Under the pieces are notes generated by a model. The model did no database searches. It was given only the letters and a program-made list of their open reading frames with translations, and had not been told where the DNA came from. This document shows, one piece after another, positions 1-10,105 of a stretch of DNA of 64,000 bases. The stretch's first letter is position 1; every line of letters begins with the position of its first letter. Source of the DNA: Eubacteriales bacterium (lineage in GTDB: Bacteria > Bacillota > Clostridia > Oscillospirales > JAAYXM01); the NCBI GenBank assembly GCA_045537045.1, contig JAZSOS010000023.1, positions 21,175-85,174 of the forward strand. The letters are read 5' to 3'. The translations under genes and the position numbers were made by a program.

Positions 1-406
1 CTTCCTCAGCCGTCATTGGCTTTACAGAGAAGCGTTTTGTGCGAATAATCGAAAACTCGCGTTCTTCTTCAAGCGGCTCATCGTCAACCTGAAGAAGATT
101 TTCAAAAGCACCGTCACGCAAGCGGCGCTCAAGGCGGGTTTTATTTTTTCTTATCTGTCTTTCAATCGTGGTCTCCGCAGTGTCAATCGCACGGAAAACA
201 TCCGTGTCTCGGCACGCGGCACGAAGGAGCATTCCGTCACTTCTGACGGTCACCTCAAGGCATATATGACCGCGCTCCGTTCTTGCCGTAATTGCGGCTT
301 CTGCATCTGAGCGGAAGAACTTATCAAGCTTTGCAAGCTTCTTCTCTGCGTATGCACGAACATCGGGGGTAAACTCGTAATTTCTTTCTGCGTAGATGTA
401 CTTCAT
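1..406 (-). CDS. hpf: ribosome hibernation promoting factor (long HPF), C-terminus runs off the left window edge
   Basis: Manual translation from ATG 406-404 gives MKYIYAERNYEFTPDVRAYAEKKLAKLDKFF...RQIRKNKTRLERR...KRFSVKPMTAEE. This is the S30AE/YfiA fold plus the start of the C-terminal dimerisation domain. AAGGAG SD lies 8 nt upstream. It is absent from the ORF track because there is no stop in the window. Confidence 0.85.
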   Translation of the reverse strand, partial: MKYIYAERNYEFTPDVRAYAEKKLAKLDKFFRSDAEAAITARTERGHICLEVTVRSDGMLLRAACRDTDVFRAIDTAETTIERQIRKNKTRLERRLRDGAFENLLQVDDEPLEEEREFSIIRTKRFSVKPMTAEE

Positions 407-451
407 GTGTGTCGCTCCTTTCGTATTGGTACTTCTGTACCTCTTACTTAA

Positions 452-480
452 AGTATAGCACACATGAATGTAAATTACAA
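452..480 (-). promoter_or_regulatory. sigma-A type promoter of hpf
   Basis: TTGTAA (480-475), 17 nt spacer, TATACT (457-452), about 45 nt upstream of the hpf ATG. Confidence 0.5.
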
Positions 481-541
481 CAGACTTTTAGAAAAAATAC
501 ACAAAAAATTTAAAATTCAAGGTTCATTTTTAGCAAAAACA

Positions 542-1384
542 CTAAATAACAGCTGAGGCATGACGCGAGATATGGCATCCCATATTCACGACACACGGAA
601 GACCCGCGATGTGAGTTGCATGCTGCTCTATGAAAACCGCAAGTGCCGTAACGGTGCCGCCGAGTCCCTGAGGCCCTATACCGAGCTTGTTCACCTTATG
701 GAGTGCCTGCTTTTCAAGAGAAGCGTAAAGCTCATCAGGATGCTCACTTCCCACTTCACGCAAAAGTGCGCGCTTTGCGCATTCTGCAGCCATATCGACA
801 GTGCCGCCGAGACCTACACCGACAACAACGGGAGGGCACGGGTTTGATCCTGCTTTTGATACGGTTTCTACGATAAAGTCAACTATATCGTCTGTGGTTG
901 CAGAGGGCTTGAACATCTTCATGGCACTCATATTTTCACTTCCGAAGCCTTTTGGAGCAACAGTGATTGAAACCTTATCTCCCGGCACAATTCTGGTATG
1001 TAAAATCGCCGGAGTGTTGTCGTTTGTATTAACGCGACGGATTGGATCACCGACAACAGAAAGACGGAGCTTTCCGTCTACATACCCGCGACGTACACCT
1101 TCGTTTACCGCATCATAAAAGTCACCGTCAATAAGGTGAACATCCTGCCCTACATCTATAAAAACAACAGCCATACCTGTATCCTGACATGCGGGGATTC
1201 CTGAATCAGATGCATACCGGGCATTTTCACACATAACTTTGAAAATATCGCGACCTACGGGTGATTTTTCCTCTTCCATTCCATTCTCAAACGAAGCAAC
1301 AACATCACGTGGAAGATGACAGCATGCCTCTTCACAAAGACGTGCAACCTCGCGCGTTATCTCATTTACCGAAACCTCTCTCAT
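542..1384 (-). CDS. Fe-S type hydro-lyase (class I fumarate/tartrate dehydratase), alpha subunit only
   Basis: 280-aa ORF with alpha-subunit family signatures (IPACQDTGMAVVF, PKGFGSEN, NMGCH). No beta-subunit ORF follows. Confidence 0.85.
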   Translation of the reverse strand: MREVSVNEITREVARLCEEACCHLPRDVVASFENGMEEEKSPVGRDIFKVMCENARYASDSGIPACQDTGMAVVFIDVGQDVHLIDGDFYDAVNEGVRRGYVDGKLRLSVVGDPIRRVNTNDNTPAILHTRIVPGDKVSITVAPKGFGSENMSAMKMFKPSATTDDIVDFIVETVSKAGSNPCPPVVVGVGLGGTVDMAAECAKRALLREVGSEHPDELYASLEKQALHKVNKLGIGPQGLGGTVTALAVFIEQHATHIAGLPCVVNMGCHISRHASAVI

Positions 1385-1387
1385 TTT

Positions 1388-2305
1388 TTACTTCCTTTCT
1401 GTTTCTGCAATATATATGCCTGCCATATGTGCGGCAACTGCGCCGTCTGCACATGCAGTTACAATCTGATAAGAAACCTTTTCCCTGATATCTCCTGCGG
1501 CAAAAATGCCGGGAAGATTCGTTACAGTATCCTCTTTTGCGTCAATATACCCCGAGGGAGTAAGCTTTATACTCTCTTTTATCGCATCGGTATTAGGCAC
1601 ACTGCCTATCGCGATGAAGCATCCGGAAATAGATATCTCTGTTTTTTGATCCGTTTTCACATTTTTAACGGTTACCGAGTTCACCCGTTCATCACCTTTT
1701 ATGCACTCAACAACAGAGTCAAGAACAAGCTCTATATTCTCTGTTTCTGAAACCTGCTTCGCAAGCGTTTCAAAACCGCGGAAGGTATCTCTTCGGTGAA
1801 TAAGATAAACCTTGGTGCAGATTTTCGCAAGGTAAAGTGCATCCTCAAGCGCGGTGTTTCCGCCACCGACAACACACACCTCGCGGCCACGGAAAAAGTT
1901 ACCATCGCACGTTGCACAATACGATACACCAAGACCGCGATACTTTTCCTCTCCCGGAACCCCGAGGGCGCGATGTGAAGCACCGAGCGCAAGAATAACT
2001 GTTTTTGAAACAATATCTCCGCCGCTCGTTTTTACGGTATTGGAAAGCTCTTTGAAATCTATCTCGTTGACAGTGCAGGTTTTAATTTCTGCACCCAAAT
2101 TTTTCGCCTGAGACGACATCTTAGAAGAAAGCTCAAAACCTGAAATGCTTTCAAAGCCTGGGAAGTTGTCTATTTCCGGAGTTTCTCCCATCTGTCCGCC
2201 CGGCATCATTCGCTCAATGACAACAGTTGACAGTCCTGCACGACGGGCATATATCGCCGCAGTCATCCCCGCAGGACCTGAACCGAGAATAGCAACATCG
2301 TACAT
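1388..2305 (-). CDS. trxB: thioredoxin-disulfide reductase
   Basis: 305 aa. FAD motif ILGSGPAG, redox-active CATCDG, NADPH site [17 protein letters not shown]. Confidence 0.93.
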   Translation of the reverse strand: MYDVAILGSGPAGMTAAIYARRAGLSTVVIERMMPGGQMGETPEIDNFPGFESISGFELSSKMSSQAKNLGAEIKTCTVNEIDFKELSNTVKTSGGDIVSKTVILALGASHRALGVPGEEKYRGLGVSYCATCDGNFFRGREVCVVGGGNTALEDALYLAKICTKVYLIHRRDTFRGFETLAKQVSETENIELVLDSVVECIKGDERVNSVTVKNVKTDQKTEISISGCFIAIGSVPNTDAIKESIKLTPSGYIDAKEDTVTNLPGIFAAGDIREKVSYQIVTACADGAVAAHMAGIYIAETERK

Positions 2306-2332
2306 AACACATCATCCTTTGCAAAATTTCAC

Positions 2333-3742
2333 TTAAAACTTTTCAAAAAAGGCAGATATCGCCTTATAAGTCATAAATACATCACTTTTCGCAACCGTTT
2401 CGAACGGAGAATGCATTGAAAGCACCGGTACTCCGGCATCAATCGTATCTATATTGCGTTCAGCCGTATACATAGCAACCGTGCCGCCACCGCCCTGGTC
2501 TACCTTCCCGAGCGCCGCCATCTGCCAGAGAACACCGCTTTCGTCAAAAAGCGAACGGAGACGTGCAATAAGCTCACTTGAGGCATCGCTTGCGCCTGAT
2601 TTACCACGTGCACCTGTATATTTGCACAAAGCAACACCGCAGTTTAAAAACGCAGAATTCTTCTTTTCACTTACTTCCGGATATGTCGGATCGAATGCTA
2701 CAGTAACATCCGTTGAAAGACAGGTGCTGCGTTCATAACACGCACGAAGCGGAACTCCCTGTCCCTCACATATATCCTCCATAAACGTATCGAAGAAGTA
2801 AGACTTCATTCCGCTTACACCCTCAGAGCCTATTTCTTCTTTATCGGCGAGGACGCATACAGCGGTTTTTGATATATCCTTAGCATCCAAAAGCGCACGA
2901 AGAGACGGATATGCACAGACACGATCATCATGTCCGTAAGCGCCGATAAGTGAGCGGTCAAATCCGATATCGCGTGCCGAAAACGCCGGAACAACACAAA
3001 GCTCTGCAGACAAGAAATCTTCTTCACAAATTCCGTATTTTTCATTGAGTATGGAAAGGATATTAAGCTTTACTGCATCACTGTCTTTATCCGTCGCACC
3101 TTCTATCGGACGGCTTCCGCAAAGGATATTAAGGCTTTCACCCGTAAATATCTCTCCTGCCTTTTTCGCCATCTGGTCTTTTCCGAGATGCGGAAGAAGA
3201 TCTGTAATAACAAACTGCGGGTCATTTGCATCATTACCAACCGAAACATCTACCGTTTTTCCCGACTTAAGAGAAACAACGCCATACAATTCGAGAGGAA
3301 TTGCCGGCCACTGGTATTTTTTTATTCCGCCGTAATAGTGCGTTTTGAAAAGAGCAAGCCCTTCACTTTCATAAAGCGGTGACTGCTTCAAATCAATTCT
3401 CGGAGAATCAATATGCGCAGCGGCGATATTTGCGCCTTCGCTTAAGCTGTCCTTTCCTATAACAGCGAGAATAAGCGCCTTACCTCTGTTATTTCTGTAT
3501 ATTTTATCTCCCGGAGAGAGCCTCATATCGCGTGTATACGGAACAAATCCCGCCTTCTCCGCAAGGCGGATTGCCTCACGCACACAAAGACGCTCTGTTT
3601 TACCCGCATCAAGAAAAGCTTTATACTCTTCACAAAACTCATCCAAGCCGCAAAGGTCAACATTTTCCGTAAATGCATTTTTATTTTTATACAAAAGCTT
3701 TTCGCGAAGAGCATCAAGCTCTTTCTTTTTAGCATCACTCAT
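2333..3742 (-). CDS. M18-family aminopeptidase
   Basis: 469 aa. Metal-ligand blocks AAHIDSPR, GHDDRVCAY, ADKEEIGSEG, SMHSPFE. Its start overlaps the coaE stop by 8 nt. Confidence 0.85.
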   Translation of the reverse strand: MSDAKKKELDALREKLLYKNKNAFTENVDLCGLDEFCEEYKAFLDAGKTERLCVREAIRLAEKAGFVPYTRDMRLSPGDKIYRNNRGKALILAVIGKDSLSEGANIAAAHIDSPRIDLKQSPLYESEGLALFKTHYYGGIKKYQWPAIPLELYGVVSLKSGKTVDVSVGNDANDPQFVITDLLPHLGKDQMAKKAGEIFTGESLNILCGSRPIEGATDKDSDAVKLNILSILNEKYGICEEDFLSAELCVVPAFSARDIGFDRSLIGAYGHDDRVCAYPSLRALLDAKDISKTAVCVLADKEEIGSEGVSGMKSYFFDTFMEDICEGQGVPLRACYERSTCLSTDVTVAFDPTYPEVSEKKNSAFLNCGVALCKYTGARGKSGASDASSELIARLRSLFDESGVLWQMAALGKVDQGGGGTVAMYTAERNIDTIDAGVPVLSMHSPFETVAKSDVFMTYKAISAFFEKF

Positions 3743-4343
3743 TATCTTTCTCCGGTCCTTTCGTGATTATGTTAAAAATTCTGTTTACTTCATTTTCCAC
3801 AGCTTCTATATCTCCGCTGTTTTCGATCATATAACCACAGCGTTCTGCATAAAAACTGTCCTCCGGCTGAGCATTTATCCTTGCAGATGCTGCCATGGAG
3901 TCTATGCCGTCACGCGACATTATGCGCTCGCACCGCAATTTTCGCGGAGCTGTAACGCCGATTGTCACATCGCATATTTCCGAAAGCCCGCTTTCAAAGA
4001 GCGCAATGGCATCAATGCAAAGATACGCCGTGTTCTGCTCATAAAGACGCGCCATTTCGCGCTCGGTTTCTGCTATGACAAACTTATGAGCAATTTTGTT
4101 TAAATCCGTAAGCGCCTCAACGTCCGAAAAAACAATGGAAGCAAGAGTGCGTCTGTTAAGTTTCCCCTTCTCACACGCCTCCGGAAAGCGCGCACGAAGC
4201 TCACGCATCATATCGGGAGACTCGTTTAAAAGCTTATGATAAACAGCATCGGCATCAATTGTGTGGGCACCGTACTTACAAAAGAGTTCCGATACAGTGC
4301 TTTTTCCACTACCGCTGCCACCCGTGATTCCTATTGTAAGCAT
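3735..4343 (-). CDS. coaE: dephospho-CoA kinase
   Basis: The P-loop GITGGSGSGKST follows directly after Met at 4343. The ORF-track start at 4424 would overlap tsaC and adds non-homologous residues. Confidence 0.9.
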   Translation of the reverse strand: MLTIGITGGSGSGKSTVSELFCKYGAHTIDADAVYHKLLNESPDMMRELRARFPEACEKGKLNRRTLASIVFSDVEALTDLNKIAHKFVIAETEREMARLYEQNTAYLCIDAIALFESGLSEICDVTIGVTAPRKLRCERIMSRDGIDSMAASARINAQPEDSFYAERCGYMIENSGDIEAVENEVNRIFNIITKGPEKDNE

Positions 4344-4353
4344 TAAGTTCACC

Positions 4354-5400
4354 TCATACAGATATACGGTTGAATGCAGCGGCACGACCAAGCCGGTTGA
4401 CAACTGCCTGCTCCATTCCGTCACTTAAATCCGGTTCTCTTGCATAAATTATATCAAGAGTCATCTCATCAAGAGTACGCAAAGCCGAAAAAAGTCCGTG
4501 AGCAAGAGAGTCGGGATCTTTTTTGCTTCCGTATGAAACTGCATTTATCCCTGTATTTGAAAACAGCTCCTTTTCTTCATCAAAGCAAAGAACTGCCGCG
4601 TTTTTTTCTTCTGCATTTGCGATAACATACCGGACAAAAGCTTCTGTTTCACCATCTACTATAACAACCGGAGCTTCCGGAGAATAGTGCTTATATTTCA
4701 TTCCGGGAGATGCAACTTTTTCGCCATCGTGTACCTCTTCGGATATTTTGGGATTGACCAAAACTTCTCCAAGTACGCGACAAAGCTGGGAAAAAGTTAC
4801 TGCCCCGGGGCGAAGCAGCATCGGTTTGTCGCCAGTAAGGTCAATAACCGTGGATTCAAGACCGACTTCACACTCGCCGCCGTCAATTATCATCGGTATT
4901 TTCCCCGCAAGGTCTCTCATAACATGCTGTGCGCTTGTGGGACTTGGTTTCCCTGAGAGATTTGCCGAAGGTGCTGCCAAAGGAACACCCGCTGCCTCAA
5001 TAACAGCGCGGGCATACTTATGCGACGGAAAACGCACAGCAACCGTAGAAAGACCCGCAGTAACTTCAAACGGAATTTTATCATTTTTCTTTAAAATCAT
5101 TGTAAGAGGCCCCGGCCAGAAATTCTCCGCGAGACGGAGAGCTGTTTCCGGAACTTCCTCAGTAATTTTTGCAAGATCATCAAAATCGGAAATATGAACA
5201 ATAAGCGGATTATCCTGAGGTCTTCCCTTAGCTTTGAATATTTTCCCCACGGCATCGGGAGAAAATGCGCTTGCCGCAAGACCGTAAACCGTTTCTGTCG
5301 GAATAGCAACAACCTCGCCGTTTTTGAGAAGATTTCCAGCACGGACAAAATCGTCGAAGTTTTCCATAAGTCCGCGTACTTTTATAAGCTGTGTAGTCAT
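4354..5400 (-). CDS. tsaC: L-threonylcarbamoyladenylate synthase (Sua5/YwlC long type)
   Basis: 348 aa. YrdC domain (PTETVYGLAA, SANLSGKPSPT) plus a C-terminal Sua5 domain. Confidence 0.9.
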   Translation of the reverse strand: MTTQLIKVRGLMENFDDFVRAGNLLKNGEVVAIPTETVYGLAASAFSPDAVGKIFKAKGRPQDNPLIVHISDFDDLAKITEEVPETALRLAENFWPGPLTMILKKNDKIPFEVTAGLSTVAVRFPSHKYARAVIEAAGVPLAAPSANLSGKPSPTSAQHVMRDLAGKIPMIIDGGECEVGLESTVIDLTGDKPMLLRPGAVTFSQLCRVLGEVLVNPKISEEVHDGEKVASPGMKYKHYSPEAPVVIVDGETEAFVRYVIANAEEKNAAVLCFDEEKELFSNTGINAVSYGSKKDPDSLAHGLFSALRTLDEMTLDIIYAREPDLSDGMEQAVVNRLGRAAAFNRISV

Positions 5401-5415
5401 ACCGCAAAACTTCCT

Positions 5416-6501
5416 TTAATCATTTTCGGATGCCTTGAGCTTTTCTGCTTGGTCGGCAGTAATAATCGCATCGATCATTTCATCGAGATCACCGTTAAGG
5501 AACTGCTCAAGCTTATAAAGAGTGAGCGATATGCGATGGTCTGTAACTCTTCCCTGCGGATAGTTGTAGGTACGTATACGCTCGCTTCGGTCTCCCGTAC
5601 CAACCTGACTTTTTCTTTCTGCCGCAATCTGGGATGCCTGTTCCTGCATCTGGATATCATAAAGCTTTGTGCGCAGAATCTTTATAGCACGGTCTTTGTT
5701 CTTATGCTGACTGCGCTCATCCTGACACTCAACAACAATTCCGGTAGGTCTGTGTGTAAGACGTATTGCAGACTCAGTTTTATTGTCGTGCTGACCGCCG
5801 GCACCAGATGCGCGGAAGGTATCTACATCGACATCGGACATATTAAGCTCGACCTCAACCTCTTCTGCTTCCGGAAGAACTGCAACGGTAACGGTTGATG
5901 TATGAATACGACCTGAGGACTCAGTGTCCGGAACACGCTGAACACGGTGAACGCCGCTTTCAAACTTAAGCCTTGAATACGCACCTGCACCTTCAATGAC
6001 AAAGCTTATTTCCTTGATTCCGCCAAGCTCTGTTTCATTTATTGAAACAACATCAATGTTCCAGCGGCGTGCCTCGGCATACATAGAATACATACGGTAA
6101 AGTGAATGTGCAAAGAGAGCCGCCTCTTCACCGCCTGCTCCACCTCGGATTTCAACAATAACGTTTTTATCGTCGAACGGGTCGGTCGGGAGAAGAAGAA
6201 TTTTCAGCTCATGCTCAAGCTCGACAAGCTTTTCTTTCGCCGCAGAAAACTCTTCCTGTGCCATCTCACGGAAATCCGGTTCAAGCTTTCCGTCAAGCAT
6301 TTCACGAAGATCGCGCATTTCCTGCTCTGTTGCGCGATAAGTTCGGTAACACTCGATAATAGGAGTAAGTTCTTTTTGCTCCTTAGATATTTTTGCCGCC
6401 GCAGCGGGGTCATTATACAGATTAGGGTCTGCAAGTTTTTCTTCTATTTCCTTGAATTTTTCTTCAAGAAATGCAAGTTTTTCTAACATGTCGTACCTCA
6501 C
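5416..6501 (-). CDS. prfA: peptide chain release factor 1
   Basis: 361 aa. Contains RVQRVPDTESSGRIHTS (RF1 PxT region) and the GGQ motif (SGAGGQH). Confidence 0.95.
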   Translation of the reverse strand: MRYDMLEKLAFLEEKFKEIEEKLADPNLYNDPAAAAKISKEQKELTPIIECYRTYRATEQEMRDLREMLDGKLEPDFREMAQEEFSAAKEKLVELEHELKILLLPTDPFDDKNVIVEIRGGAGGEEAALFAHSLYRMYSMYAEARRWNIDVVSINETELGGIKEISFVIEGAGAYSRLKFESGVHRVQRVPDTESSGRIHTSTVTVAVLPEAEEVEVELNMSDVDVDTFRASGAGGQHDNKTESAIRLTHRPTGIVVECQDERSQHKNKDRAIKILRTKLYDIQMQEQASQIAAERKSQVGTGDRSERIRTYNYPQGRVTDHRISLTLYKLEQFLNGDLDEMIDAIITADQAEKLKASEND

Positions 6502-6558
6502 ATTTTATCTTTATGTTTTTTATCTTTAAATTATAGTATAACACACATAAAGGAAAAT

Positions 6559-8442
6559 TCAAACACTTTCTTCATACAGAGCTTCCCAAAACGCCATTTT
6601 TTCTTCAAGTTCTGCATTTAATGCTTCTATTTCACCGTACAGACGGTTAAGTGCTTCAAAATCACTTGATGATGCTTCTATCTCACGTTCCTTTTCGGCG
6701 ATGCTTTCCTCAAGCTTTGAAATCTCGCGCTCGGTTTCACGGATTTTTTTATCGTTAAGCTTCTTGTTTACTTTAGGTGCTGACTTTGGCTTTTCTTTTT
6801 TGGGGGCGGGAGTCTTTTGCTTCTGCAAAGTTTCCTCATGCAGTTGCTTCTCGCGCCTGTACTCATCAAAGCTCCCTTTGAAATCGTAAATCACGCCGTC
6901 GCGAAGTTCCCATATCCGGTTGGCAAACTTACTTATAAAAAATCTGTCGTGCGAAACGAACAGCAGTGCACCGTCAAAATCTGTGACAGCTTCTTCTATC
7001 CATTCACGCGATGTGATATCAAGGTGGTTTGTCGGCTCGTCGAGCAGAAGCAGATTTATATCCGCCGCCATAAGCTCACAAAGCTTTAAGCGGCTTCGCT
7101 CTCCGCCGGACAGTGTGCGCACACAGTCAAACACCTCATCACCGAAAAACTGGAACGCAGCAAGCCTGTTTCTCGCCGTCTGCGTCGAAACGCCGATATC
7201 ATAAAGCATTGTGTCAAGAATTGTGCGGTTTTCATCGGCAAAACGTATGACCTGAGGCAGTATTGCCGCTTTTACCGATGGGTTATAGGTTACGGTTCCG
7301 CGGTCAGGCGCAGTGTTTTTTGCGATGATATCAAGCAGCGTTGTTTTCCCCGTTCCGTTGTCACCTACAAGAGCGATTCTGTCTCCGTTTTCCATCGTGA
7401 GATTTATATCACTGAAAAGTATTTTCTCATCATAGGCTTTTTCGATATCGGAAAGCTTTAAAACATTGTCGCCCCAAAATCCTACGGAACTAAAACCTTC
7501 ATTTATATTGCGGTGTATTTCCTTAGGTTTTTCAGTCTTCCTCATTCGCTCAATGCGCTTTTCAATTGCGAAGGCACGAACCTGAAGCTTTTTGTTTCCC
7601 ATCCCCCAGCCGTGCATTCTCTCTGCCGTAAATTCAAGCCGTTCAATCTGTGCCTGCTCAGCCTTATATCTTTTCAATTGCTCTTCATAACGGGCTTCCC
7701 GTTCTTTGAAGTAAAAGCTGTAATTTCCCGGGTAAAATTCTGCCACACCATCGGAAAGTTCAATCACGCGGGTGATACATTTATCTATAAAATATCTGTC
7801 GTGCGAGATTATAAAGACTGTTCCACGAAAGCCCGGAAGGTATCCCTCAAGCCATTCAACAGCATCTATATCAAGATGGTTTGTCGGCTCGTCAAGAAGC
7901 AGAATATCAGGATCCTGCAAAAGAGCGCAGGCAATGACTATTCTTGTCTTTTCGCCGCCGGAAAGCGTTTCGAACACACGCTCACGCATATCCGGTGGGA
8001 TGCCGAGACCATTGCAGGTTTTTGCAATTTCAGTTTCGGTATCGTACCCACCCATATGTTCAAAGCGCGCACTGAGCTTATCATAGCGTGCAAGAACATC
8101 AGCATCGGAGTATATCTCCATCATTTTTTCCAAGCTTCGCATTTCTTCCGCTATCTCGGAAAGGCGGGAAAACGCGCTCAAAAGTACATCGTTTACCGTG
8201 CTACCAGCAGGATAATCCGGTATCTGGGACACTACGGCAATCCTGCGGTCTTTGGGAATCAGTATTTCTCCGGAATCATAATCAAGCTCACCGGAGAGGA
8301 TTTTAAAAAGCGTTGTTTTCCCGCTGCCGTTATCCCCAAGAAGCCCGACACGTTCGCCCTGCTCAATATTGAATGACAAATCGCGCAGAACATGATGCTC
8401 ACCATAAAACTTATTCAGTTTTGAAACCGAAATATCAATCAT
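6559..8442 (-). CDS. ABC-F family ATPase (soluble, translation-factor type)
   Basis: 627 aa. Two ABC cassettes (GDNGSGKTT / GDNGTGKTT, two LSGGE signatures) joined by a charged linker. No TM segments. Lys/Glu-rich C-terminal coiled coil. Confidence 0.88.
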   Translation of the reverse strand: MIDISVSKLNKFYGEHHVLRDLSFNIEQGERVGLLGDNGSGKTTLFKILSGELDYDSGEILIPKDRRIAVVSQIPDYPAGSTVNDVLLSAFSRLSEIAEEMRSLEKMMEIYSDADVLARYDKLSARFEHMGGYDTETEIAKTCNGLGIPPDMRERVFETLSGGEKTRIVIACALLQDPDILLLDEPTNHLDIDAVEWLEGYLPGFRGTVFIISHDRYFIDKCITRVIELSDGVAEFYPGNYSFYFKEREARYEEQLKRYKAEQAQIERLEFTAERMHGWGMGNKKLQVRAFAIEKRIERMRKTEKPKEIHRNINEGFSSVGFWGDNVLKLSDIEKAYDEKILFSDINLTMENGDRIALVGDNGTGKTTLLDIIAKNTAPDRGTVTYNPSVKAAILPQVIRFADENRTILDTMLYDIGVSTQTARNRLAAFQFFGDEVFDCVRTLSGGERSRLKLCELMAADINLLLLDEPTNHLDITSREWIEEAVTDFDGALLFVSHDRFFISKFANRIWELRDGVIYDFKGSFDEYRREKQLHEETLQKQKTPAPKKEKPKSAPKVNKKLNDKKIRETEREISKLEESIAEKEREIEASSSDFEALNRLYGEIEALNAELEEKMAFWEALYEESV

Positions 8443-9229
8443 TTGTTTTTTCTCTCTTTATAAGCTTTGCCGAGATAATTCCGCTGACAACTGCCACCAT
8501 ATCTCCCTCGCACAGCTTCGGCAGATTTTTCGTTTCGTAATTATTCTGGCTTACTGCAACATCAAGCTCGCCCATATCGGTACACAGCGTAAGATGCAGA
8601 AATTCACCCACCGGCGTTTTGTCCGCTATCATAAAGCGGACATCTCCGCCTTTTATCTCTGCGGCAACGCGCGTCATAAGAATATCCGTCGTACATTCCT
8701 CGCCCTCGACCTGCATCATACACATATATACACCTACGGGAGTAAGCGCCCCGAGCACGGTGGATTCATCAGAAAGCACATTTCTCATATCAGCTTCGTT
8801 TTCAAAAAAAGCGATTGAATGAGGAATCATGGACACCTGAAATTCATACTCTTTCCCCACAGCAAGACTTTCAGCCGCATATCTTCCCATAATGCGTGCG
8901 CAAATGCCACTTTCGTTATCGGGATTTTTGAGAAAAGCTTTACAGTCGAGCATATCATCCCGCTCGGCGGAAAATTCACGGGAAAACTCAAGAGACCAGA
9001 CGGTTGAGCCGTTAAAATGAGGGTCTATATTGAGAAGCTGCACACTTTTTGACTCATGGTCAAGCGCCACTCTCTCCCACACCTCTGCTCCGCTTTTATC
9101 GCTCCATACGGCATAAGCACCGTTTTCAACAGGAAGAATACTTCCCGAATTAAGCACAAAATCCGCAAGTCGGTATGCCCCGTCCTCATTTTCAATGTTA
9201 AAACCTATGTTCTCAAAAACCGTTGCCAT
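8435..9229 (-). CDS. hypothetical cytoplasmic protein, no family recognised
   Basis: 264-aa ORF with a strong SD (GGAGGAAACAGAA-ATG). No TM or signal peptide. Its stop overlaps the ABC-F start codon region by 8 nt. Confidence 0.65.
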   Translation of the reverse strand: MATVFENIGFNIENEDGAYRLADFVLNSGSILPVENGAYAVWSDKSGAEVWERVALDHESKSVQLLNIDPHFNGSTVWSLEFSREFSAERDDMLDCKAFLKNPDNESGICARIMGRYAAESLAVGKEYEFQVSMIPHSIAFFENEADMRNVLSDESTVLGALTPVGVYMCMMQVEGEECTTDILMTRVAAEIKGGDVRFMIADKTPVGEFLHLTLCTDMGELDVAVSQNNYETKNLPKLCEGDMVAVVSGIISAKLIKREKTND

Positions 9230-9320
9230 TTCTGTTTCCTCCGTGCAATTTTACATTCATAAAGAATATTTTACCATATGTAGATTAAAATTTCCAGTGT
9301 TTTATATTAAGATATCAAAA

Positions 9321-9893
9321 TTATGCACTTTGAAATCCGAAATAATTAAGAAGTCCCTGATATATTGCGTCCGCGAACTCATATCTGTCCTCATCAAGCT
9401 TTTCGGCATCTTCTTCATTCGTTATATATGCAAGCTCAAGAAGCACCGCCGGCATCTGAGTCCTCCGCAAAACATACAACGAAGGTCGGACAAACACTCC
9501 GTTGCGCTTTGTATCAAGACGTTCTGTTATTGAATCAAGCAGATTCTCCGCAAGTGCCTGAGTCTGACCGCCCGAACGGAAAATATACATTTCAGTTCCG
9601 TTTACATTCGGATTTGGGTTTGCATTTACGTGAATACTTAGAAAATAGTCCGCACCCCAGCTGTTTGCATCGTTTACTCTTGCTGCAAGACTCTCTGCAT
9701 TTGTTGTACCAAGCGTCGTGTCCTCCGTCGGACGTGAAACGCGCGCTTCAAAGCGGGGATCCTGCGACAGAATATCCCGAAGATATATCCCCACATCGTA
9801 TGTTATGTCCTGCTCGCGAAGTCCAAAGCCTTCCGCTCCCGCATTTACTCCCTGCGGATTGTGTCCCTGGTCGATATAAATTTTTATAGCCAT
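9321..9893 (-). CDS. N-acetylmuramoyl-L-alanine amidase (Amidase_3 family), no signal peptide
   Basis: 190 aa. Blocks IDQGHNP..GAEG, FLSIHVNA, LLELAYITN. SD AAGGAGGAG upstream. Confidence 0.85.
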   Translation of the reverse strand: MAIKIYIDQGHNPQGVNAGAEGFGLREQDITYDVGIYLRDILSQDPRFEARVSRPTEDTTLGTTNAESLAARVNDANSWGADYFLSIHVNANPNPNVNGTEMYIFRSGGQTQALAENLLDSITERLDTKRNGVFVRPSLYVLRRTQMPAVLLELAYITNEEDAEKLDEDRYEFADAIYQGLLNYFGFQSA

Positions 9894-10044
9894 TATAAAC
9901 TCCTCCTTTTATATTGCACTATACGGCAGTTTTTGAAAAAAGTTTCCTGAGTTTTAAAAAAAAGGACACGCAAAAGCGAAAATACAGATAATATGCGTGT
10001 GTGTACTTTGCGGAACAAGCCGCAAAAGATACCCATAATAAGTA

Positions 10045-10087
10045 TACAAACTGCCCCGAGGTGTGGATTGCCAACGCCTCGGGGCAG
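10045..10087 (-). terminator. intrinsic terminator after uppP
   Basis: 11-bp GC-rich stem CTGCCCCGAGG/CCTCGGGGCAG (10051-10061 / 10077-10087), followed on the minus strand by UUUGUA. Confidence 0.6.
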
Positions 10088-10105
10088 TCATATATTATAT
10101 AGTTT

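Noticed and set aside
5194-5898. 234-aa plus-strand ORF spanning the tsaC/prfA junction
   Set aside because: It is antisense to two conserved genes and has no SD or homology.
5416-6501. RF1 motif deviations (PDT tripeptide, GGQHDN instead of GGQHVN)
   Set aside because: The middle residue of PxT and the residues after GGQ vary naturally. Nothing suggests altered stop-codon recognition.
7513-8376. 287-aa plus-strand ORF
   Set aside because: It is antisense to the ABC-F gene. It is a shadow ORF with no motifs.
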